From Ammonifex degensii KC4 (lineage in GTDB: Bacteria; Bacillota; Desulfotomaculia; Desulfotomaculales; Ammonificaceae), in NCBI RefSeq assembly GCF_000024605.1, contig NC_013385.1, positions 1,408,175-1,440,174 of the forward strand: DNA of 32,000 nt, read 5' to 3'. This document shows positions 26,248-32,000 of the stretch, in pieces. The translations under genes were made by a program, and so were the position numbers. Position 1 is the first letter of the stretch. The number at the start of each line of letters is the position of its first letter. The notes below the pieces were generated by a model. The model had not been told where the DNA came from and did no database searches. It saw nothing but the letters and a program-made list of their open reading frames with translations.

Positions 26248-26284
26248 TTTAAGGGGCCTCAGTCAAGGCCCCTTAAAGTTCTTT
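26248..26284 (+). terminator. intrinsic terminator
   Basis: TTTAAGGGGCC-TCAGTCAA-GGCCCCTTAAA followed by GTTCTTTT. Confidence 0.6.
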
Positions 26285-26372
26285 TGGTGCCGGAGGGGGG
26301 ACTCGAACCCCCACGGGGGTGAACCCCATACGCCCCTCAAACGCACGCGTCTGCCAATTCCGCCACTCCGGC
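26285..26372 (-). tRNA. tRNA-Leu (anticodon GAG)
   Basis: Hand-folded cloverleaf. Acceptor GCCGGAG/CTCCGGC, anticodon stem TGCGT/GCGTA, loop TTGAGGG, long variable arm TGGGGTTCACCCCCGT, T-arm GGGGG-TTCGAGT-CCCCC, and an encoded CCA. Confidence 0.93.
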
Positions 26373-26431
26373 AAAAGGCTATATCCTCTTTGCAGACTTA
26401 ATTATAACTCCGTTGGCGACTTTCCGCAAGG

Positions 26432-27199
26432 CTATTTCTCGGTCACTGCCTGACCAGGTTCCAACGGCACAAGCCTCGCCTTGCCCCAGACTCCCAGGTG
26501 CTTCCCGATGATGACCACCGCTCCTAGAACTCCGGGAATTTTCTGGATAAAAGAAAGGGCTTCTTCTATATCTTCAGGCGTCTGGACCCGGTTGCCCAAG
26601 GCAGTAGCCGCCGCGTCGGCGAGGGTAGCGGTAGAGGCCAGCACCACCGCCGCGTCGGCCTTTCCAAAGCTTAAGGAGTGTCCCACCGTGCCTGAAGAGG
26701 TACAAATTCCCAGAGGAGTAAGATTGGCCGGAATAGCTAGCGCCACCCGGGAGGAGAGGGGAGAATTGCCAGCATAGATGCCCACCGTCCTCTGGCGCGT
26801 GCTCTTAAGGTAAATGTCCCCGCCGTTTTCCACCACTACCTCCCGGGAAAAACGGCCCAGATACTTGCCTACCAGATCGGCGAAGGCCCCAGCCACCGCC
26901 GCCATCGGTCCTACCCCGACAAGCCTCGCCGCCTCCGCCATGGCCCAAGCTATCGGTGGAGCATCAGGAAGGACCTGGTGAGGCGTGAGCGCAGTGGCAA
27001 AAGCGGGATCGCGCCTCAAGTATTCTTCCAAAAGCTGCCGCTGCTCCCGCACCAATTTCTCCACTTTCCAGACCAAGGAGGGGGAGAAACGCTCACGCCG
27101 GACCCCCAGCAAAAGATCGGTTTCCTTGACCTTTACCTCGAAAAAGGTAAGATCCTCTTGCCTTAGCCAAGCCCGGTAAACCCGGCGCTTTTCCGGCAC
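26432..27199 (-). CDS. UPF0280 / COG2122 ApbE-like protein
   Basis: 255 aa, directly downstream of the COG1900 and NIL-ferredoxin genes, the genomic association known for this family. The sequence pattern (GGDIY..., ICTSSGTVGHSLSFGKADA) is consistent from memory. Confidence 0.7.
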   Translation of the reverse strand: MPEKRRVYRAWLRQEDLTFFEVKVKETDLLLGVRRERFSPSLVWKVEKLVREQRQLLEEYLRRDPAFATALTPHQVLPDAPPIAWAMAEAARLVGVGPMAAVAGAFADLVGKYLGRFSREVVVENGGDIYLKSTRQRTVGIYAGNSPLSSRVALAIPANLTPLGICTSSGTVGHSLSFGKADAAVVLASTATLADAAATALGNRVQTPEDIEEALSFIQKIPGVLGAVVIIGKHLGVWGKARLVPLEPGQAVTEK

Positions 27200-27200
27200 C

Positions 27201-27602
27201 CTAGAAGCGTACCTCCATGGCCCTCATGGGGCAAGCCCGGACGCAGAGCTGACAGACCACGCAGGCCTCCCCATCAAAACGAACCAGCATGGAAGGGCGC
27301 TCAAAGTGAAGCGCTCCTGTAGGGCAGATGGCCGTGCAGGCTCCGCAATGGGTACAGCGCTCCTCGTTCCGGATGATCTCTTCCGTGAGAGGCTGCACCG
27401 CTACCCCCTGGCGGTGCAAATAGTCAAGCCCCTCTTTTACCCTTTCGCCGGTGACCTCCAGCACCATCATCCCTTCCTTGTGAGGGTTGATGTTGGCCTT
27501 GAGGATGTTGATCATCAGGTCGTAATCCTTTACCAGACGATAAATTATCGGCTTGTCCGCTATGGCGGCAGGGAAGCGCAGCACTACCTTGCTGGGGGGC
27601 AT
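27201..27602 (-). CDS. NIL domain + 2x[4Fe-4S] ferredoxin protein
   Basis: N-terminal NIL-like domain (KPIIYRLVKDYDLMINILKANI) followed by CTHCGACTAICP and CVVCQLCVRACP. Confidence 0.85.
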   Translation of the reverse strand: MPPSKVVLRFPAAIADKPIIYRLVKDYDLMINILKANINPHKEGMMVLEVTGERVKEGLDYLHRQGVAVQPLTEEIIRNEERCTHCGACTAICPTGALHFERPSMLVRFDGEACVVCQLCVRACPMRAMEVRF

Positions 27603-28822
27603 TACCCTCTACCCTCCTTCACGCCTCTTATCTCCAGGGTCTTGGGGACAATACCGGCTTCAGGCCCCGGTAGCGGAGCTACCGGCTCCGTCAGCAAGAA
27701 CTTCCCTTCTTGTATCCACTCCTTCAGAATCTGACAAATCTCCCGCGCCCGCGCATAACTCGACAAGGAAGCGGTGGGAACTTCTTTGCCGTTAATGGTT
27801 ATCTTGCCCGAGCGCAGCTCGGCGTAGCTCACCCAACCTAGATTCCCCGGCCGTCTCTGGGGGTAGGCCTCAGCGTAGTCCACGATGGGCGCGTAAAGCT
27901 CCCGGTCGGGACGGGAAGCGTAGTAGCAGACCTCTTCGTCTAGGATGGGTATGGCCACTCCTATTCCCACCGATAGAGAAACCCCGTAACCCAACATGCT
28001 TGTTCCCCTCAACCAGCGGGGGCTCATCTGTTTGAGGTCGCCCATCACCGCCAGCGTGCCGCCGGAGGGTATGCGTACCGCTCCGGCGGGGAGATCGGGG
28101 ATGGAGGGGAAGTGCTGGGTGCCGTGGTTCACCACGTAGCCTATCCCGCCTCCCAGGAATATCCTGGTGCCTATGCCTATAGTGCGGAAGAAGGGATCCT
28201 TGAGCAAGGGGCTGAGCTGCCCAGAAGTAGAGTAGTGGGCGTTGCCCAGCCGCGGCTTCAGAACCCCCATGTAGGTGTAAAGGGTGCGGTCACCCGTGTT
28301 AACCGCGCAAGCGTAGTTCTGGTAGGCGTTGCGCGGGTTGAAAAGGAAAGCCTCGTTAATATCATCCAGGGTGATGACCGTCTCTATCTCCCGGCGGGGA
28401 TAGCAGTCCGTGCCGTAACCTATAGCCCTTAGCTTTACCGGACGGCGTGCCACCAGGTCTTCAATCACGTGCCCGCCGCCGTAGCGAAATTCACCCGGCG
28501 GATCGGTGTTAAGCGGATCTCCTTCCCGCACTGCCGTAGCCCCCAGGAAGGCATCCACCGCGGCCAAACCGGCGTAGGCAGGAACGTCGTTGAGCCAGAC
28601 CCGGAAAAACTTGATCCGAGGGGCACCATGTCCAAAGTTGAAAAAGGCCCCGGAAGAACACATGGGAGCGAAAGTGCCCGTGGTGACCACGTCCACCTCC
28701 CGGGCCACCTGTTTTACCCCTTTCTCTTCTACCAGCGACACCAGCTCTTCCGCGGTCACCACCACTACTTTGCCAGCCTTAATCTTTTCGTTGATTTCGG
28801 CAAAAGTCCTGTAGGCACCCAT
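27602..28822 (-). CDS. homocysteine biosynthesis protein (DUF39 / COG1900)
   Basis: N-terminus KTFAEINEKIKAGKVVVVTAEE...DVVTTGTFAPMCSSGAFFNFGH is typical of COG1900. The gene is preceded by a SAM riboswitch. Confidence 0.85.
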   Translation of the reverse strand: MGAYRTFAEINEKIKAGKVVVVTAEELVSLVEEKGVKQVAREVDVVTTGTFAPMCSSGAFFNFGHGAPRIKFFRVWLNDVPAYAGLAAVDAFLGATAVREGDPLNTDPPGEFRYGGGHVIEDLVARRPVKLRAIGYGTDCYPRREIETVITLDDINEAFLFNPRNAYQNYACAVNTGDRTLYTYMGVLKPRLGNAHYSTSGQLSPLLKDPFFRTIGIGTRIFLGGGIGYVVNHGTQHFPSIPDLPAGAVRIPSGGTLAVMGDLKQMSPRWLRGTSMLGYGVSLSVGIGVAIPILDEEVCYYASRPDRELYAPIVDYAEAYPQRRPGNLGWVSYAELRSGKITINGKEVPTASLSSYARAREICQILKEWIQEGKFLLTEPVAPLPGPEAGIVPKTLEIRGVKEGRG

Positions 28823-28856
28823 CTTTCCCCATCCCTCCCTGCGTTCAAATAAATTT

Positions 28857-28894
28857 AAAGGCCTCCCCCAGTAGGCAAGAGGCCGTGAACCACG
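28857..28894 (-). terminator. SAM riboswitch terminator
   Basis: GGCCTC...GAGGCC hairpin plus TTTAAATTTATTT. A competing antiterminator (AAGAGCGCCGTG-GTT-CACGGCCTCTT) uses the 3' strand of P1. Confidence 0.75.
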
Positions 28895-28907
28895 GCGCTC
28901 TTATCCA

Positions 28908-29038
28908 CCAGGTGAGAATGCCTTTTCGGCTCTTCTCCCTGCAGGGATTGGCACCTGGCCTGCCTCTTAAGGACAGGCTGGTTGCCGGGCTTCATCGGGC
29001 CTGTTCCCTCCGCCACTCTCGATAAGAGCCCGTCCAAA
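28908..29038 (-). promoter_or_regulatory. SAM-I (S-box) riboswitch
   Basis: Minus strand reads CTCTTATCGAGAGTGGCGGAGGGAACAGGCCCGATGAAGCCCGGCAACC...GGTGCCAATCCCTGCAG...GGATAAGAG, a textbook S-box core. Confidence 0.93.
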
Positions 29039-29075
29039 GTACCCTATATCGAATTATGCCCTCCTAGTATAGCAA

Positions 29076-29104
29076 GCCACACGCAAAAAGTCAATTACCA
29101 CTCG
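29076..29104 (-). promoter_or_regulatory. promoter of the S-box operon
   Basis: Minus strand reads TTGACT (29104..29099)-17 nt-TATACT (29081..29076), about 38 nt upstream of the riboswitch P1. Confidence 0.6.
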
Positions 29105-29108
29105 GTAA

Positions 29109-29123
29109 AGCCATGTAGAAGGG
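29109..29123. repeat. 15-bp target-site duplication, left copy (CACTCGGTAAAGCCA)
   Basis: Identical to 30381..30395 and directly abuts the IS terminal TGTA. Confidence 0.8.
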
Positions 29124-30380
29124 CCAGAGTTTCGTTCACAGAGGTTTTTGAAGTTGAAGAGCGTATTAAAGAGGGTGGGGATCCCCTCCCTTCTACACTT
29201 CTGGCAAGTGTACCTTAAAGAAAGGAGGAACCCCACCCGATGACATTATACCAGCAACTTAAGAGGAGCGGAAACCCCCACGCAATCGCCCAAACCGTGG
29301 CCTCCCTCCTCACCACCTGTAGCCCTAAAGAGGTAGCCCGCATAATGGGCTGCTCCGTCCGCTGGATCTATAAACTGCGCAAACGCCTAAACGAATCCGG
29401 CGGAAACTTGTCCGGTTGTATCCTCCCTCGCGGCCCCAAAAAAAGAATGCCCAACCGTACCCCTCAAGAACTCGAAGCCCTAGTCGTAAAACTCGCTCAG
29501 GAAACTAACCTGGGCCCTAAACGCCTCGCCTCCCTCCTGTACCAAAGCCTTAAAATTAAGCTCTCCCCCTACACCATACGAAATATCCTCAAACGCCACC
29601 ACATCCGCTGCCGCAAACGCCAAAGCAAAACAGGCTCCCGAAAATACTGGACCGACGTGCAGGCCTTCGCACCCTTCTCCTTCTGGCAGGTCGATGTAAA
29701 ACACATAGCCGATAAGTCAGCTCTGCCGGCCCAAGCCTACTCCTCTATCCTCAAAAACCGCCTACCCCGTTACCAATTCACCGCTATCGATGTTCGAACA
29801 AGAGTGCGGTTCATAGCCTTCGCCTATTCCCTCTCCTTCGCCAACGGAATCGCTTTCCTTGTGCTCCTGGCAAACTGGCTTAAAACCTTCGGCCTTAATC
29901 AAACAATCTTTATCCAGACCGATAATGGCTCGGAGTTCGGTGGCCCTCCTAACTCGAGAAAGCGTAAACTCATGTCCCTTATCTTCTCTCGCCTTGACTG
30001 CCAGCTGCTTAACATACCCGCAGGCAGAAAAGAAGCCAACGGCTATGTAGAAAGATCACACCGCACCGACGATGAAGAGTTCTACATCCCCTACCTGGCA
30101 GGTATCAGAAGCCAGAAGGATTTCCTTATCTCTGCCCAGAGGTGGATCCTTTACTACAACTACCAGCGTCCACATCTGGGCCGGGAACTGAACGGGAAAA
30201 CTCCTATGGAAATAGCGACCTCGCTTTCCCACTACCATCCGGCTATAGGGGCTATGCCGGTGGTAGTCCTGGATCACCTGGCTCCGCACATCTTCGATGC
30301 CTACAAACTCTCTACTCTCCCGTGGGATTACCCACCCAAAAATGAAAGCCTCGCTGTGAACGAAACCCTGGCTCAATACA
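29124..30380 (+). mobile_element. IS481-family insertion sequence (1257 bp)
   Basis: About 32-bp imperfect terminal inverted repeats: TGTAGAAGGGCCAGAGTTTCGTTCACAGAGG at the left and the reverse complement of TGTATTGAGCCAGGGTTTCGTTCACAGCGAGG at the right. A single DDE transposase ORF, flanked by a 15-bp direct repeat. Confidence 0.85.
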
Positions 30381-30478
30381 CACTCGGTAAAGCCAAGGCT
30401 TCACCTATCTCGCGGAAGAGGGGAGCGGCATCTTCTCCGCCTCCTCGCCCCCCTTCCTCCATGACCACCACCACGTAG
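29240..30478 (+). CDS. IS481-family DDE transposase (HTH + rve integrase core)
   Basis: N-terminal HTH region. DDE triad context WQVDVKHI, IQTDNGSEF and NGYVERSHRT. The ORF has no stop inside the IS; its last ~33 codons (30381..30478) are read-through into flanking DNA. Confidence 0.9.
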   Translation: MTLYQQLKRSGNPHAIAQTVASLLTTCSPKEVARIMGCSVRWIYKLRKRLNESGGNLSGCILPRGPKKRMPNRTPQELEALVVKLAQETNLGPKRLASLLYQSLKIKLSPYTIRNILKRHHIRCRKRQSKTGSRKYWTDVQAFAPFSFWQVDVKHIADKSALPAQAYSSILKNRLPRYQFTAIDVRTRVRFIAFAYSLSFANGIAFLVLLANWLKTFGLNQTIFIQTDNGSEFGGPPNSRKRKLMSLIFSRLDCQLLNIPAGRKEANGYVERSHRTDDEEFYIPYLAGIRSQKDFLISAQRWILYYNYQRPHLGRELNGKTPMEIATSLSHYHPAIGAMPVVVLDHLAPHIFDAYKLSTLPWDYPPKNESLAVNETLAQYTLGKAKASPISRKRGAASSPPPRPPSSMTTTT

Positions 30479-32000
30479 CGCGGCGACTCCAAAGGAAAGA
30501 AGCCGGCAAACCAGGAACAGCGCTTTCCTCCGGGGAGCTCGGCCGTACCTGTCTTCCCCCCACTGCCAACTTCAGGAATATAACCTAGACGCGCCGTGCC
30601 TTCTTGCACGGCCAGAGCCATCATGTCACGTACTTCCCGCGCTACCGTGGGAGAGAAAATCCTTTTCCCTTTATCCGGGGGAAGCTCCGTCATCTTTCCT
30701 TGCTGGCGTATCCCTTTTACCAGCCGGGGGCGGACGTAAACCCCGTCGTTAAGCAAAGTGTTCAGCACCGACGCCACCTGAACCGGGGTGAGGAGCAGAG
30801 GACCTTGACCCACGCTCAGATTGACCAAGCTGTAGGGCTCCATTAGGTTCTTGGGGTTCTGCCAGGGATCGGCGGGCATGGGATAACCTATCACGGATCG
30901 CTCGTGCAAATAAAGCTCCCGGCAATACCGGATAAGCTTCTCTTTTCCCAGCCTCAGCCCCACCTGGGCAAAGACCGGATTGCAGGACCGGGCAAAGGCC
31001 TGACGGAAGGTGAGGTGGCCGTGCCCTTCCTTCTTCCAACAAGGGAGCAACGGGCCTTCCACTCCCCGGCAGCAAAAGCTCTCTTCCGGCCGCACTACCC
31101 CTTCTTCAAGTGCGGCCGCCGCCACCACCATCTTGAAGACCGAACCGGGAGGATAGGAAGCGAAAGCCCGGTCGAAGAAAGATACGTCCGGTCCCTGCTT
31201 TTCGGGGTGGGCCGGGTCGAAAGTGGGACGGCTGGCCACCGCTAGCAAATCTCCCTTCCCCACCTCCAGTACTACCACCGCTCCCCGAAAACGATGTTTG
31301 TCCAGAACCTCCTCCACTTTGCGTTGCAGTTCGCTATCCAGCGTAAGCTGCACTTCTCCCCGCTCCGGATCGGCAACGGTGAAAAGCTCGACTCCAGTCC
31401 TGTTTAACAACTTCCCTTGGGCATCGCGGTAAATCCCGGCGGCCAGGGAAGGAAAGCTTCCCTGTAAGACGGCGTCGTAAAAGTATTCGCACCCTTGCTT
31501 GCCCACCCATTCTCCCCGGCTGCGCCGCCTCTCTTCCGGAGAAGAAACCTTCCCTACGTAACCCACCACGTGCGCCGCCAGCGGAGGAGAACTGTAACGG
31601 GTCCAGTAGGGCAGGACGAAAAGACCCGGCAAGTTAAGGCTTTTAACCGCCGCTTCCTGCTCCGGGGTGAGAGAATAGGGGAGAACACCAGCTTCCTTCC
31701 GGAGCTCCCTCTCCAGTTCTTCCACCGGCTTCCCTAGAAGCGCACTCAGCTGCCGGGCCGCCTCTCGCCGATCGGGTAGGAGAGAGGCGAAAAAGACGAT
31801 CCGCTTCTCCTCTCTTCCCCCGGCTAGCACCCGGCCGTGACGGTCGACTATTCTTCCTCGGGGATATTCTTCTAGGGAAACAGTAAAGGTCTGCTGGCTG
31901 AAGGCCGCCCAGGCATACCGGGCGTGCTGCCGCAGCTGCAAACTTGCCAGGCGCACTGCCAGGCAGGAAAAGCCCAAAAAACTTATCAGGAGAAGCCAAA
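30373..32000 (-). CDS. class-B penicillin-binding protein (PBP2/SpoVD-like transpeptidase), 5' end beyond the window
   Basis: SxxK (PGSVFKM), SxN (RSCNP) and KTG (GKTGTAE) motifs. The frame stays open to position 32000 through a TM-like WLLLISFLGFSCLAV, so the real start is outside the window. The current stop lies inside the IS. Confidence 0.9.
   Translation of the reverse strand, partial: WLLLISFLGFSCLAVRLASLQLRQHARYAWAAFSQQTFTVSLEEYPRGRIVDRHGRVLAGGREEKRIVFFASLLPDRREAARQLSALLGKPVEELERELRKEAGVLPYSLTPEQEAAVKSLNLPGLFVLPYWTRYSSPPLAAHVVGYVGKVSSPEERRRSRGEWVGKQGCEYFYDAVLQGSFPSLAAGIYRDAQGKLLNRTGVELFTVADPERGEVQLTLDSELQRKVEEVLDKHRFRGAVVVLEVGKGDLLAVASRPTFDPAHPEKQGPDVSFFDRAFASYPPGSVFKMVVAAAALEEGVVRPEESFCCRGVEGPLLPCWKKEGHGHLTFRQAFARSCNPVFAQVGLRLGKEKLIRYCRELYLHERSVIGYPMPADPWQNPKNLMEPYSLVNLSVGQGPLLLTPVQVASVLNTLLNDGVYVRPRLVKGIRQQGKMTELPPDKGKRIFSPTVAREVRDMMALAVQEGTARLGYIPEVGSGGKTGTAELPGGKRCSWFAGFFPLESPRYVVVVMEEGGRGGGEDAAPLFREIGEALALPSVY
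30381..30395. repeat. 15-bp target-site duplication, right copy (CACTCGGTAAAGCCA)
   Basis: Identical to 29109..29123. Confidence 0.8.

Noticed and set aside
30381-30478. Pro/Ser/Thr-rich C-terminal tail of the transposase as a functional domain.
   Set aside because: It lies outside the IS right inverted repeat, on the antisense strand of the PBP gene. It is incidental read-through.
1-32000. CRISPR arrays, rRNA genes, prophage, or defence-system genes (restriction-modification, CBASS, retron, Cas other than the TnpB relative).
   Set aside because: No regularly spaced direct repeats and no recognisable signature proteins were found on either strand. The only repeats seen are the IS terminal repeats and the 15-bp target duplication.

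Overview
High-GC (~58-60%) bacterial chromosome segment. Gene content and strong GGAGG-type ribosome-binding sites (SDs) suggest a thermophilic anaerobic Firmicutes/Clostridia-like organism; this taxonomic guess is inference only. The layout has five parts. (1) 1-2306: an island edge where a tnpB-only IS200/IS605-type element truncates comM. (2) 2323-10293, minus strand: a conserved housekeeping block, ffh-rpsP-KH-ylqD-rimM-trmD-rplS-lepB-rbgA-[c-di-AMP riboswitch + kamA]-rnhB-yraN. (3) 10481-18426: reverse gyrase, a class-III aminotransferase, a metallophosphoesterase, an MFS transporter, DUF1848 and a small ORF. (4) 18465-26244: the most unusual region. It is a minus-strand redox cassette encoding an octaheme cytochrome c fused to a cytochrome b, a NapH-like membrane polyferredoxin, an HdrA-MvhD fusion and a variant stand-alone NuoF Fe-S domain, transcribed divergently from an Nox/CoADR-type flavoprotein. 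The octaheme precursor is interrupted by an in-frame TGA followed by a SECIS-like hairpin. (5) 26285-32000: tRNA-Leu(GAG), a SAM-I riboswitch-controlled COG1900/NIL-ferredoxin/COG2122 homocysteine-synthesis operon, an IS481-family IS with a 15-bp target duplication, and a partial class-B PBP whose last two codons the IS replaced. No CRISPR array, rRNA or recognisable defence system was seen. All calls come from reading the sequence and recalling family motifs; no searches were run.
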